Assembly: GCA_951406725.2 (NCBI GenBank)
Contig: OX597814.1
Location: forward strand, 167,834,001-167,898,000
Length of the DNA stretch: 64,000 bases
Origin: Octopus vulgaris
Taxonomy: Eukaryota
Direction of reading: 5' to 3'
Part shown: piece after piece, positions 1 through 13,983 of the stretch
Layout: each line of letters opens with the position of its first letter
Numbering within the stretch: the stretch's first letter is position 1
Translations under genes and position numbers: made by a program
Notes under the pieces: model-generated
The model's database searches: none
The model's input: the letters and a program-made list of their open reading frames with translations, nothing else
Told to the model about the DNA's origin: nothing

Positions 1-516
1 AGTGTAGGAGGATATTTGTTCAAGATTATTGTCAACAATTTCTTACCATATTCATAGTAGTTTATATTCCTCTGGCTGGATGATTTTCAGACGTTGAATC
101 TCACAGCGGTGATGACAAGTGATTGAGACTTTTGGTGATTTGCTGTGCTTGAGAAGACATATCAAGCTAAGTGAAATTGTAGTTATGGCTAGTGCCAGTG
201 GCACATGAAAGACACCTGTGCCAGTGACATGTAAAGGGTACCCATGCCGGTGACATGTAAAAGACACCAATGTCAGTGACACATAAAAAGCACCCATGCT
301 GGTGGCACACAAAAGGCACCTGTGCCAGCAACACATAAAAGGCACTCACGCCAGTGACACGTTGGCATAAAGAAGGGACCCAACTATAGAAACCAAGCCA
401 AAACAGACTGGGGCCTGGTGCACCTCTCCCGCTTACCAGTTCCAGTCAAATGTCTTACCCATGTCAGCATGGAAAGTAGATGCTAAATGGTGTGGTGGTG
501 GTGGTGGAAGCAGCAG

Positions 517-518
<2 letters not shown>

Positions 519-548
<30 letters not shown>

Positions 549-594
549 CTTCTTCTTCTTCTTCTTCTTCTTCTTCTTCTTCTTCTTCTTCTTC
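519..594. repeat. (CTT)n microsatellite
   Basis: Direct inspection. Confidence 0.98.
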
Positions 595-1675
595 CCCCTC
601 CTCCTCTATGTTTCCACTTTTCCCCAGTTTCAGCTTTACTTTCTGCCACTTTCATTGCTATTAGTCTTAATTCTCTTTTTATTTCGCCAACCCTTGCCTT
701 TGTTGGTGTTGAAACAGTAGTTCTATGCCAGTTACAGAGTACAATAAAAATGACACAGTTTGTTGGTGTTAAAGAATGGAGTCAACAGATTGATGTTCAA
801 CATATCAAAACCTTTCCACTCTTTCTTGGCAACCAAACTTACTGACACCTTCAAATTCTCTTTGATTTTATTACTGTTGTTGCCAAAATACTGTTGCCAA
901 TTTCCTTGATTCCTCTACTCTTACTGAATAAAAGATTTCTCTTTGTCATTTAGTTAGTTAAATAATCAAATTTTATCTGCAAAAAATAGTCTTTATAATT
1001 TTATGTCCACCTTTCCAGTGACATAGCTAGAGTGTGTGCCACTTAGGGTACCCCTTGATTTTGCCTCCCCTTCCCCATAAAGGCTTATACAGAAGCCCCA
1101 AAACTGCCACTCCACCCCATTGAAGCATCATCTCTCTCCTATGCTGCTCCTCTTTCCATGTTGTTATAGATCAGAAAGTTTTTCTGAGATTGTGCTTTAT
1201 GGACAGATGCTCTTCGTGTTACTAGCCCTTTTTACATCTCCTCTTAAGGTACTCAAGAACATGGTATCCCTGTTTTGAAACTGGGATACACATAAGGTAG
1301 AAGAAGAGAAAAAGGAAGAAATTAGTTTTTTTTTTTTTTTTTTTTTCGAAGTATCATTTTCTTAATCTTTGATTAAAACCAATAAATATGTTTTTATTTG
1401 ATGACTGTGAACTCTGAAAACAGTCAAATTTATCCCTTCTGTATTTATGGCCGAGATTCTTTCAGGTTTGTTTTTTCTTCATCTACCTATAGTCTCTAAA
1501 TTATATGCATGTAATAAATGAGTGGGGAGGGGTTAACAATTGAATTGACTGTGATCCTTTGGAAGAAATCAATATTAATCTTTGTTTTAATAAAACCTTC
1601 TTGTGAAAGCTATCCCAATATCAGGACCATTGTATCATGGAACCATTCAACTTCTAATTTATCCTAGCTTGCTAT

Positions 1676-2076
1676 TACTCTTACTCTCTTTACTTGTTTC
1701 AGTCATTTGACTGCGACCATGCTGGAGCACTGCCTTTAGTCGAACAAATCGACCCTGGGACTTATTCTTTGTAAGTCCAGTACTTATTCTATCGCTCTCC
1801 TTTGCCGAACTACTAAGTGACGGTGACGTAAACACACCAGCATCGGTTGTGAAGCAATGCTAGGGGGACAAACACAGACACACAAACATACACACACATA
1901 TATATACATATATACGACGGGCTTCTTTCAGTTTCTGTCTACCAAATCCACTCACAAGGCTTTAGTCGGCCCAAGGCTATAGTAGAAGACACTTGCCCAA
2001 GGTACCACGCAGTGGGAATGAACCCGGAACCATGTGGTTGGTAAGCAAGCTACTTACCACACAGCCACTCCTGCAC
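1676..2076 (-). mobile_element. tRNA-derived SINE family A, full length
   Basis: Head with A/B-box-like tggctgtgtggt and ggttca, internal (TA/TG)n, tail gactgaaacaagtaaagaga. Many copies in the window. Confidence 0.85.
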
Positions 2077-2999
2077 CTCATTTTTTTTCTTTTGCAAACT
2101 ATGAGTAAGACTCTGCTTGATTGCACAAGCTGTCTGATATAGCAACCAAATTTTCCTGAAATTACACTCTACTGCCTTCAGAAATTCAGTGTCTTGGGTA
2201 CATTGTCTGCAAAAAAAAAAAAATTTAAATGATTGATTAATCACTACCAGAATGCCTCTGGTCATCGTCTTCTGCTTGATTGGAGCTATCCTGAGCTAAA
2301 CAACTACATTTTTATAATCACGCTTATCTAGCTTCACAAATTATCAGAAGACTTACAATAAATTAGTATCATAGAAATATAGATATTGTAGTATGTCTGA
2401 TCTTTATTAAATATACATTTGATTTATCTTTGTGTATAGAAAAACAAACAGAGTGATGTTGTTTCTGTACACCCTGTTGACTATTATACCTTTCATTGTA
2501 GCCATAAGCAGAATAATTACAAATTGCTGCAACTTAGCATCATTTTCTATCCTCTTCACTCCATTTCCCCCATTTCTCAACAGTTCTTTTCTCTTGTCAA
2601 CATCATCATTATCTATCTTATGCTAGTTGTCGTTCCTTTGATCTTTATGGAAGCTAAAATTGACAGCATATTTCTTTCTTCTTGTCCTTTAGCTTATTTG
2701 TTCCATTATTGAATTCTGAGCAACATCTCTTCTCTCGTTCACCGTTGTTTGTCTACTTTATAGCTGCTTCTCTTTTACTAACTTCCTTATTTAGATGTTT
2801 AGAAAACACACACACACACAAACACTCTCTCACTCTCTCTTTCTATCTATCTATCTATCTATCTGTCTGTCTGTCCATCTATCTATCTATCTCACATACA
2901 CACACAACTTACTTTATAAATACCTCATTTCTACTGATTTAGCTTGATTTTCTATGACAATTACTCTCTTTGTTCACTTATTGAGTCTAGAGGAAGAGA

Positions 3000-4680
3000 C
3001 GTAGCCAATGAACTTTGCAGACCCTTCAAGACTGTTGATACTGTTTGTGTTCCATTTAAGCTTTGAAGATCAACACTTGCAGGGAAGATATGAGCTGGAA
3101 AGAGGTTTCACAGGGATAATGTTCAGGGGAAAAAGGACTGGCCATAATGATTAACACAAGGCTAAGTGGGTTGGACATACCAAGAGTAACAACAGGTGGG
3201 AAGATGAGTGGAGCAGGGGTACCTGGGTGGTAGAGGTATGAAACTATCAGCTATGAGGAACAGGGGCCATTATGGTGACAATAGAAAAGACAGAGCAAGC
3301 AGTCAATATGCCCGTGACCCAAAGGTTGGTGTGTGTCTGTTGATGATTGAATTCTAATTAGTTGAATGGCCCTTCTCTATTTGTGTAGCAGCAACATTAT
3401 CCCAGATATGATAGCAGTATTCCATTGTGGGTTTCACTTGAGTCTTATAGAATATCAGTAGTTGTTAGGGGCTGGTATATTTTTTGGCCCTTAAGTGAGA
3501 GGCCAGTCTTTGGGATGCTGTCCTAGCTTTGCTAAGGATGTGTTTTCACCAGCAGAGATCTTTGGTGATAGCTAGGCCCAGTATTTGGAGTGACTGTGAG
3601 GGCTCTTCTGAGTGCCACTCATGTTTAGTAGTAGAGTGTTGTACAGTAGTATTTTCTTAACAAGAATAGTGTTTGAGTGGGGTTTTTTTGTTCAAAGAAA
3701 GTCGTGGCCTCACCAGAGGATGTTCTCAAGGTCTCCATTTATGGAATTGATGCAAGTTTGGCATATGTTTCTGCTTTACATGTAGTAGTGAACTGTCATC
3801 ATCTGCATAAGAGTGAGCTTTGTAGATATGTTGGCAAGTAGGTCTGTGATGAAAAGAAGAGAGTTGGGGGCAAAACTGAACCATAGGGAACACTAGAGTT
3901 GATTGAAAGTAAGACTGAAAGAGCCCCATCAGCACATACCCACTACAGTGCAGTTAGATAAAAAAGAAAGTATCAGTGTAGGAGATGAGAGATAGGTGGA
4001 GCCCTTATGTGGAAAGTTTCTATTGGAGATTTGAATGCCAGATACAGTTGAAGATTTTGCTCATGTCTAAGGCAGTACCATTACTTTTTTCAGGCTCCTG
4101 TAAAGTAAGAGCTCACTGCTATGTGAAATAAGAGAGTAGGTTTCCAGTAGATCTAATTCTGCAGAAGCCATCCATGCTGATAGTCACTGAGGAGAGACAG
4201 AAAAGCTTAAGGTGTCAGAGAAAGTTATTAATTACTTTCTTCATTACCCTAGAGAGCCAAAAGACAATTGTTGGCTGAGTCAGAAGGGTTACCTTTCTTT
4301 CAAATGAGACACACTTCCAAATGTCAGAGTATATCTATACAGTGAGTGAGTTAGTGATTAAAGAGATTAGTGATTATAGGAGCAAGATCTGGGGTGCAGT
4401 GTGTGAGTGTAATGGAGTGGACATTGTCAGGGTTAGTGACTTCATTTGTTAGAAGTAGATATAGAGTTATTTCCACACTTGGGGAGCCTGGTGGAGTGGA
4501 ATAGGATATATTTGGAGGGCATTGGCAAAGGATATATATTGTGGAGTTGGATACAAAAGCAGTCAGCAAAGATGGAAGGTTTCTCCATGTGGGCACTAAT
4601 TACAGAGCCACCATTGTTTAGAAGAGGAGAGAAAGAAGATTCCAGAGTTGACTTCTTACAATTAACTTCTCTATATTAAG
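3000..4680 (-). mobile_element. Degenerate non-LTR retrotransposon ORF2 (CR1/Jockey-like RT)
   Basis: Frameshifted fragments SVPYGSVLPPTLF, AHSYADD, YKTQVKPTMEYCYHIW and PDLAPIITNLFNH. Confidence 0.8.
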
Positions 4681-5111
4681 TGTCTAAATGTTGTAGATAA
4701 TGTCTAAGTATTGTTGATAAGATCATTTTATTTTCAGACTATTAACAAGAAAATTTTTCTCAATATTGACATCTAGACTATATTTCAATCTTTGATCGAC
4801 ATCATTTTAAATCTACAAATAGACACCAGAGTTCAAACCAATTAAAATGGAGGTTAGATGTAATTATTGAAAAATCTTTCATCTTCAAAGATGCTGTTAA
4901 CGGTTTTCTTTTTTTAATTAATTTACTTAAAAATTAAATAAGAATAATATTGATGGAAAAATTGAGTATTTTTATTTATGTTAGAGATACCCTAATGTTT
5001 TAATGTATAATATGTAATTATCAAGTTAAAAAGAATTCTTTTTATTTATAAAAAAAAGTATTATGTTTTAAAATTTCAGTAATGTTTCAATATCATTTCA
5101 TTTTATTTCAG

Positions 5112-5237
5112 TCTGTTGTCTGTCCTAGCAGATCACATGAATGCTGAAATTGTCTCAGGAACTGTCAATTCAAAACAAGATGCTATGGATTACATCACTT
5201 GGACATATTTTTTCCGTCGACTTGTAATGAATCCCAG
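5112..5237 (+). CDS. ASCC3: Internal exon of activating signal cointegrator 1 complex subunit 3 (Ski2-like helicase, second cassette winged-helix region)
   Basis: ttttatttcag| acceptor and AG|gtaagt donor, 126 nt, phase 2-2. Translates (S)[41 protein letters not shown](S), close to the remembered human ASCC3 segment [43 protein letters not shown]. Confidence 0.93.
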
Positions 5238-6196
5238 GTAAGTAATTATTTTAAAACAATTTTTAGTTTCTTTTTAAATTATGAAATACTACAGAATATT
5301 TTGGAAGTGTTAAAATTTGATGAAAATTTTTGGCCATGTTTTGTTAAAGCAACCACAATTTTTTTCTTTTCATTTAGTATATAGTAGACAATTTCTGAGC
5401 AGTAACCATGTTAGTTACTATTACGGGAGTGTCAGAATTAATTTTTTGAAATATGTGTGATTTCAAAATTTCTCAAAAAAACGCCCATTTTGATGCCCTT
5501 AGTTGACCATGTGGCCAGTTCATTATCATTTTTTAATTTTTGCAATGCATTCTTATACTTCTGAAGGTGATGTGACAGAAATTAGGTTTTGTTGTTGAGC
5601 TTCTTTTCAGAGTTGTGAATTTTTAGAAATTCAGTTGTCAGCACTCTGTACAGGATCAACTTATTTATAAAGCATGGATATAAAACAGCATATTATCCAT
5701 CAGTGATTTATTCAATATAGTATAAATAAATATCTTTTAAATTGATGGGTATTTACTGATTCAACATAAAGGCCTACAATTACACAACTATCAACAAAAT
5801 TGACCTAATACTTGATATTTTTCTATCATAGGAACTAGTATGAATTTTTTGAGCGGGGTGACCTGGGAAATTTTTCTGAAACTTTGCGATTTGATATGGA
5901 ATAATCCACCAGCCATATCTGGCCCAAATATTCTACCTGTTTTATGTTAAAACTGGTAAGATCTGGCCTCTCACACCAACCCTGCAAGTCATTCTGAAAA
6001 TAACCTGTCATATCTTCATAATATCAAAGCTACAAGAAAATGCTTGATTAATTCAAAGCAATGTGAATAAATAAGTTTTACATTTAATAGAGTAATCTGA
6101 ATGACGAAAGGTTAAACTATCCTTACAAGAGCATTTTTATTGTATATATATATATATATATCTAGTAGACATATCATAAAAGATGTACTAGAAAAC

Positions 6197-6603
6197 AGCG
6201 TAGGAGTGGCTGTGTGGTAAGTAGCTTGCTTACGAACCACATGGTTCCGGGTTCAGTCCCACTGCATGGCACCTTGGGCAAGTGTCTTCTGCTATAGCCT
6301 CGGGCCAACCAAAGCCTTGTGAGAGGATTTGGTAGACAGAAACTGAAAGATGCCCCTCGTATATATGTATATATATATATATATGTATGTATGTGTGTAT
6401 ATGTTTGTGTGTCTGTGTTTGTCCCCCCAACATCGCTTGACAACCAATGCTGGTGTGTTTACGTCCCTGAAACTTAGCGGTTCGGCAAAAGAGACCGATA
6501 GAATAAGTACTAGGCTTACAAAGAATAAGTTCTGGGGTCAATTTGCTTCACTAAAGGCAGTGCTCCAGCATGGCCACAGTCAAATGACTGAAACAAGTAA
6601 AAG
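6197..6603 (+). mobile_element. SINE family A, full length
   Basis: Reverse complement of 1676-2076. Confidence 0.85.
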
Positions 6604-7321
6604 ATCTATGTCCTGATCCCCAAAGTAGCCCAGTAAAGAACTGTGAGCCATTATGCTTTAATTTGTTCTAGTACAATAAAATAAACATGTATATATGGCT
6701 GTGTAGTAAGAAGTTTGCTTCCCAACCACGTAGTTCCACTTTCAGTCCCATTGTGTGGCACCGACCAAAGCCTTGTGAGTAGATTTGGTACCACACTACT
6801 TGACAACTGGTGTTGGTTTGTTTATGTTCCAATAAGCAGTTCATCAAGAAGAGACCAATAGAATAAGTAACAAGTTTAAAAAATAGTACTGGGCCCTTCA
6901 GTGCAGTGCCTCAGCATGGTGGCAGTCCAATGACTGAAATGAATAAAAGATAAAAGACATATTTTGGCCAAAATTAATGAATTGCCAGCGTTTCTCTATT
7001 AATAGACTTGACTTTTCCAGTTATTCATATACATGGCTCTGGCCCCTGCCAGTGGCACGTAAAAAGCACCCACTACACTCATGGAGTGGTTGGCATTAGG
7101 AAGGGCATCCAGCTGTAGAAAAACTGCCGAATCAGACTGGAGCCTGGCGCAGCCTCCTGGCTTCCCAGACCCCAGTCAAACGGTCCAACCCATGCTAGCA
7201 TGGAAAACGGACATCAAATGATGGAGTGGGTGATTGCATGAAGTACTGGAACACTTGTTCTTGTATCATAAGTAAAATTTGCTGCTTATGGTTTCTTGTC
7301 TTTCTCAGATTTGTTCAGCTA

Positions 7322-7681
7322 CTCTCTTTACTCTTTACTCTTTTACTTGTTTTAGTCATTTGACTGCGGCCATGCTGGAGCACCGCCTTTAGTCGAACAA
7401 ATCGATCCCGGGACTTATTCTTTGTAAGCCCAGTACTTATTCTATCAGTCTCTTTTTGCCGAACCGCTAAGTGATGGGGACGTAAACACACCAGCATCAG
7501 TTGTCAAGCAATGTTAGGGGGACAAACACAGACACACAAACACACACACATACATATATATATATATACACATATATACGACAGGCTTCTTTCAGTTTCC
7601 GTCTACCAAATCCACTCACAAGGCATTGGTCGGCCCGGGGCTGTAGCAGAAGACACATACCACAAAGCCACTCCTGCGCCT
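7322..7681 (-). mobile_element. SINE family A with a deletion in the head
   Basis: Same body as 1676-2076. Confidence 0.8.
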
Positions 7682-7848
7682 ATTATTTCTATTGAAGCAG
7701 GTTTAGCAACCATCTGGTGACTCTCTTGTTGGCAGTCCTGTAGTAGCATTGTTTAGATCGTAGATGTAAGAGAAACTATCAACTGCATCTAAAAAGCTGT
7801 TTTAAGTATTTGTTCCATAGGTGCTTCATCTGTACTATCTTTGCATAT

Positions 7849-8236
7849 GAGTAAATCACCCCCCCCCGCCCAATGGACGGTACTGAGTTGTCAAACATTT
7901 AAACCAAATTTTCTCCAAACAACTTGTCCGACCATCCCATTTTGTGACATTATTTTAAGCCAGCCGGCTGTTTTTGCGCAAACTGCACGTGCATTTTTCT
8001 CATGTATGCATAGTATCGATTGCAACAGCTGATGTACTTGCACGTACAAATGCACGTTTCCACGGCTTTATTGATCACATTCTCACCTGGAATCGATTTT
8101 TGTAATTTTTTCAAGACTTATACATGCCCTGATACTGTCGGTATCTACATATCAAATTTGAGTGCAATCAGATGGAGGATGCCCGAGATCCTGGAAGACA
8201 CACACACAGACAGACAGACAGAATAAATATAATAGA
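7849..8236 (-). mobile_element. Helitron-like non-autonomous element
   Basis: 5' A|TCtattatat followed by (ctgt)n. 3' hairpin ccgtccattgggcgg. Terminal CTAG is degenerate. Confidence 0.5.
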
Positions 8237-9535
8237 TATGTCACACTTGAAGTCACGGTTTTCTGGCAGCCTGCTAGAGATTTCATATTTTTGTTTGCAT
8301 TGAATTTACTAGGTCAAATTAGTCTTACCTTTTTTTTTTTTCATCTCAATAATAGCCAATATAAATGTTGATTGATTTCTCTCATCACATTTTACATCAT
8401 ATACAAAGGTGGGGAGGAGGAAATAAAAGATATATATAGAGAGAGAGAGGAGTACACATATTAGGTTTGGTGGCAGGCAATGAGTAACAGAATGCTACAT
8501 ACAGTGAGAGTAATACATATTTTGCTTTTGAAAATTGGTATTCATTTCATTTTGTATTAGCACTATGAAATTTTATAAAAGTTAATTATATGCCATATTC
8601 CCTGTATATATTTATAATATTGGTTTCAAATTTTGGCACAAGGCCAGCAATTTCGGGGGAGGGGTAAGCCAATTACATCAACTGCAGTACTCAACTGGTA
8701 CTTATTTTTCAACCTGAAAGGAAAAAAGGCAAAGTCAACCTCAGCGGAATTTGAACTCAGAACGTAGTAAATATGGAGGATATACCGGTGAACATTTTAC
8801 CCAGTGTGGTTAGGATTCTGCCTGCTTGCCGCCTTGTGTATATAAATATGTATATATATTTGTATATCATCATCATCATCGTTTAACGTCTGCTTTCCAT
8901 GCTAGGCTGGGTTAGATGATTTGACTGAGGACTGGCGAACCAGATGGCTGCACCAGGCTCCAATCTGATCTGGCAGAGTTTCTACAGCTGGATGCACTTC
9001 CTAACGCCAACCACTCCGAGAGTATAGTGGGTGCTTTTACGTGCCACCGGCACGAGGGCCAGTCAGGCGGTGCTGGCAACGGCCATGCTCAAATGGAGCT
9101 TTTTTTGTGCCACCTGCACAGGAGCCAGTCCATTGGCACTGGCAATGACCTCACTTGAATGTTTTTTCACGTGCCACCAGCACAAGTGCTAGTAAGGCGA
9201 CACATATATGTATGTGTGTATGTGTATATATATACATACACACACGTGTGGAGGCGCAATGGCCCAGTAGTTAGGGCAGCGGACTCACGGTTTCGATTCC
9301 CAGACAGGGCATAGTGAGTGTTTATTGAGCGAAAACACCTAAAGCGCCACGAGGCACCGGCAGGGTATGGTGGCGATCCCTGCTGTACTCTTTCACCACA
9401 ACTTTCTTCTCTTGGCCTGCTCGCTTAGCCAACATGGTGGCATTCATTTGAAGGCTAAAACAATGCGAAGTGTATTATGACCAGTGATGTGTAGCAACAT
9501 CTGATAGCCTGGTTGGTCACGTGATATGTATATAG

Positions 9536-9566
<31 letters not shown>

Positions 9567-12194
9567 CGTGTGTATATTTATATATATATATTTTGAAAAA
9601 GAAATGATTCTATGATTTTTCTGTTCTCACTAGCTAGCATTGTATACTGTACCAAGCTAGTCGTTAGGCTTTTCAACACTAGGCCGTGCTTTAAAGTTTA
9701 CAATTTTTCAGCAACTCCTCGGCTGATTTTGCCAAGGAGTTCATTAGGAACTTGCTACCGACTTTTCTTAATATCTGGTTATAAAGAACTTAAATTATCT
9801 CAAAATTCCTTAGACGTAACATCTCTAAAGGGCAGATAAAAGAAATAGTAGAGAGTTATTGCCCTTAGACAAAGCAGTCGGTTGCCGAATGAACTAAATT
9901 GGATGTAATTTTTATCGAGATTTAGAAATTTAATATTCCAATTATATACTATTTTTCTTAAAATATTTGAATTATTTAAAATATTAAACTAGACTCTTAA
10001 TTGCATTTAAAAAGATATATGTATGTTTACATTAGTACACCTTTCTGATTAGTAATTATTGGCACTGCAAGCATGTATCCATTAGATTCTTTGTTATTCA
10101 TGTTAATATATAACATAGATCAAAATTATGACTCGACAAGCTTTTATCTAGAATTCCTGAAATTTGAATTGAAAACCAGAAACTAATTTGGGTTAATCTG
10201 AGTATTCAAGAAATTAGTACGGCCATTATATATTCAAATAAATCATATACATTAAAACATTTGATATTACTTTAAACACTCAAATTGAAGTTTTAACTTT
10301 ATTCAATTTGGACTTTTCTGCTCCACCCCAAATTAGTTTCTAACGTTGATTTCATCCAAGCCTACTTTGTAGCTTTATACTAGTTCCATCCCAATAGTCT
10401 GTATGATATTCATTCTTTAAATTATAGTGTTTAAAAAAAAAAAAAAAAGAATTCAGTTTCAGTACATTCCTTTACCTACCTGGGTAATACTGCCACCTGT
10501 TTTGCAACATGTGTAAACTGGTATTAAGTACCGAACTGAAGTTTGCTTTCTATATTCCTTCATTTGCATCATATAATAACATTCACATCAACTAGATGTG
10601 AATGTTATGAAAAGCTTCCCTTCTATTCTTTAAGTTACAAAATAAACATAACAAAAGTAGAAATATTTGGAGAATTTTATTTATAAAAGTGCAAAAATAG
10701 GTATTTTTAAATATGTTCCAGTAATTGATATAAACTAAAAAATAAATAAACTTTACAATTGACAAAAGAAATTCAACTGATTTTTTGAAGAGATCCCCAA
10801 ATATTTGAATTTTAAACTTATAATAGTGTGACACATGAAGAAGAAAAATGAAGATATTAAATATTGCCACTATCCCATCAAATTGTTTTTTTACAAAAAA
10901 AAAAAAAAAAAAAAAAAAAAATTCTACATAATATTCAGTTTCTTATTAAGTTGTAATCTGAATGCAAAATGAAATTCATAAATTAGTAGAAAAGTTTGTA
11001 AGAACAGAAAGTTAGAAAAGGCTAGTAATTGCCACTAGCCTTTACCAGTCTTGAAAAGTGTACATTACTTAATAAGGGATGGGGAAATGCAAATAAAAAG
11101 GGATATGTCCTAGCTGATAAGCCAAAAACAGTTGATCAGAGCAGCAGAACAGTTGATCAAAGTACTCGTCAATCCCTTAAGCCAAACTCAAGCAGATGAT
11201 GATATGAAGTGGAATGCCACTTATGAAGAAATATCACAGATACACAACTGTTAATGGATTTGGGATTGCAGGTTTAGAGGACAGAAATTTTGACAAATAA
11301 ATCTAATTAAGACAAAGAAACGACAATAAAGAGGATGACAAATGTCCAGATACTTGAATACTGTTAGTATTTTGTTTCAAGTTTTCTGTGAATAAAAATG
11401 ACTAGGTTCACTCACAAAATTCCACCGCTAATGATAGCTTTTGAAAGAAAGAAAGAAAGAAAGAAAATGGGGGGAGAAAAAAAAGGGGAGAGTTTCAATA
11501 TACATGTTCTATTATATACAAGAAGAATGTCTTCTCTATCTCCCACCCGAACCCACAGAAACGATATACACAATTTTGGAAAAGGAAAAAAAAGAAAAAC
11601 AGTATAAATACAAACACAATACAAAATATAAAATGAATTAGTATAAACATCAAAGAGCGAGAATAAATATAGTTGTATGAAGACATAGTTGTTGAATATT
11701 CCTCATGCTTGACAGTCCTCATCACAACCATGTTGCTTCTTTCATACAGATCTACTGTCATGGAATTTTTGTCATAGCCAACAACTGATATAAATCCTTG
11801 GCTGTCATAGTCAACATCCTTCTGTATTAAAAATCTGTTTAGTGAAAGTTATCTTCACCTTCACACCAGCTTTTTGTCCAGGATGTTTTTTACCACTTAA
11901 CACCAACTCACTTCCTTCAGGTCTTTAACTGCCTGATTCTTTTGTCAGATCAATCATAGTTGTTTCATACCTACATGGCATGTTAACTATCATTTCGTAT
12001 CAGCTGAAATTTTTTTTCATTCATTCATTCATCCTCAATTGCTTCAGTTTTTCACCAGCAAATTTCCTTTGAAATCAGTTCATTTTTTCCATGTTATTTT
12101 ACATGTCCAACAGATCCAAGCATTTATTACAGTTTGTTATTTCAAAGTTCATTACTTGGCTGTATAAATAGCCTATGTGCCATATTTTCCAGTC

Positions 12195-12305
12195 TTAAAT
12201 TTCTATATTTGATAAATTGCTAAGAGTTTGATTATGGCTGGTATTCTTTCGATTCTGATTTTGTATAATGAAATTGCTGTAGACTTTTTGTCGTTTCTTT
12301 TTAAT
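12195..12305 (-). CDS. Nested gene coding exon 6: cytoplasmic tail and stop
   Basis: Poly-T tract ttattttcag|, phase 0. IKKKRQKVYSNFIIQNQNRKNTSHNQTLSNLSNIEI* begins with a basic stop-transfer cluster directly after the TM. AATAAA on the minus strand at 12128-12123. Confidence 0.78.
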   Translation of the reverse strand: MKKKRQKVYSNFIIQNQNRKNTSHNQTLSNLSNIEI

Positions 12306-12639
12306 CTGAAAATAAAAAAAAAATAGAAAAAACATGAACTGGCAGGAAAGAAACACACCATTGATATACACACACACAAATACTTTTACAGTACTAGTTT
12401 TGTTTCCTTCTTAAACAAATCCATCTCAGAGTGGTGTGGTAGACAGTTTCTTATATAAACATCTACTTTTCCATGCTTACATGGATTGTAGAAAATATAC
12501 ATTGGTTTATGATTACACCCCTCGTGAAAATGGCCCAGCTCAATATGTAGGTAAAGTGTAGTTAGAAATTATGGGTCATAATGCAGCGGACATGTGAAGA
12601 CGACAAAGAAATTAAACTAGGATGCTCCACTGGATGTGC

Positions 12640-12870
12640 AATGTCAGTATGCATTTACAACACAAATGTAGTGTTCAAGAAAGAAGACTGCACTACTGTA
12701 CTTGTACTAGTATGGTTAAGAGATGAGCTTGGATGAGGACACCTGTATAAAGAAATGATGATCAGTAAATGTGGGTGGAACGTGAAAAAGAGGGAGAGCA
12801 GGAAGACATGGGACAAAGGAGTGAAGACTGATCTCAAAATATTGAGCCTCACAGAAAATGCTTGACAATT
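12640..12870 (+). mobile_element. RTE LINE 3' fragment inside the last intron of the nested gene
   Basis: Decayed DEDTCIKK..GGT*KRG..RKTWDKGVKTDLKILSLTE, typical of an RTE C-terminus. Confidence 0.55.
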
Positions 12871-13635
12871 TGCTGTCCATTTTATTGAAAGTGAAGCCCT
12901 AAAAATCATTGTCTATACACTCACTGGGCCCTACTCTCAGTTTGTCCCCATCAAGCCTTCCCCACCTTCCTAATTCTCATCTTCCTAATACCCATCCATC
13001 CATAGCACCGTCCAACAGCTGTAACCGGGTGAGTAGAAAGAAGCCACACATGATTCATCTCTACTTTGTACTACCAGTTACCTCCCTTCTTCCTGGAATC
13101 AGTTCCTTTTACAATCGATCCATCATTCTCAATATCATCTCTTCCTTCATTCCAAACAAGACTATTATGTGTGTGCTGTGTGAACAAAAGTGGATTGATA
13201 GAAACTGCATGGAAACTCCTTGTATATATATAATTCGAAAAGGTCTGACTTTGTCACATTAATTCTACTTGAAAACATACATCAAGTACATATGGCTGTG
13301 GTAGTTCATTTATTCAAACAAATATTGATTTCAAATTTTGGCACAAGGCCAGTAATCTCAGGGGAGCAGTTAAGTTGATTACATCGACCCCAATGCTCAA
13401 CTGGTACTTTATCAACCCCGAAGGGATGAAAGGCAAAGTTAACCTTGGTGGAATTTTAACTCGGAATGCAAAAGACAGACAAAATACGACTAAGCATTTT
13501 GCCTGGTGTGCTGACAATTCTGCCAGCTTAAAAACAACTAAAATATTAATGCTTAAAAATTTTGACCAAGATCCATTTATTTACACACACACACACACAC
13601 ACATGCAACTATTACTGATTGAAAAGTATACTTAC

Positions 13636-13715
13636 TTGTATTTTGAATACCAAGAATATAAGGAATGTAATTAAAATAAAGAGAAGTGTGCCTATAACAC
13701 CAGCTGTTGCAGCAA
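13636..13715 (-). CDS. Nested gene coding exon 5: transmembrane helix
   Basis: ttctttccaacag| ... CAA|gtaagt, 80 nt, phase 1-0. (V)AATAGVIGTLLFILITFLIFLVFKIQ. Confidence 0.85.
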
Positions 13716-13881
13716 CTGTTGGAAAGAAAAAGAAAATATAATTAACCCACTGAATTTGATTTCTTTTAATATTATTAATTGCTATTCTACATAAACATAT
13801 TCTGGATATTGATCTTAGTGTTCGAATTGAAAAAAATTTTTTTTTTATTGAAAATTTCAAAAAAGAAGAATGGATATTTAC

Positions 13882-13983
13882 CAAAAATAGCTGAATTGTT
13901 TACTTGCGGCTTTGGATCACTTTGATAGTGTTGTTGATAGTTTTTAACAGTTGGACTTTCTGTTACTTTGAGTGGGGGGATAG
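13882..13983 (-). CDS. Nested gene coding exon 4: Pro/Ser/Thr/Gln-rich stalk
   Basis: ttcaaatag| ... G|gtaaat, 102 nt, phase 1-1, open frame (A)IPPLKVTESPTVKNYQQHYQSDPKPQVNNSAIF. Confidence 0.78.

Noticed and set aside
190-370. Repeat-spacer-like arrays here and at 31090-31480 resembling CRISPR
   Set aside because: Eukaryotic DNA, the intervening sequences are themselves repeated, the arrays are part of a SINE, and there are no cas genes.
461-845. Poly-S/R/L/F ORFs, and the many ER/YI/HT/CV-repeat ORFs elsewhere
   Set aside because: Translations of microsatellites.
10480-10575. Minus-strand CAG|gtaggt donor after a 31-codon open frame
   Set aside because: No recognisable homology or partner exon.
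10894-10921. Poly(A) run as the tail of a retrocopy or of the nested gene
   Set aside because: Wrong strand for the nested gene, with no TSD or coding body.
11495-11830. Minus-strand ORF with a hydrophobic end downstream of the nested gene
   Set aside because: Hydrophobicity comes from T-rich low-complexity sequence and there is no clear splice link. More likely 3' UTR or flank.
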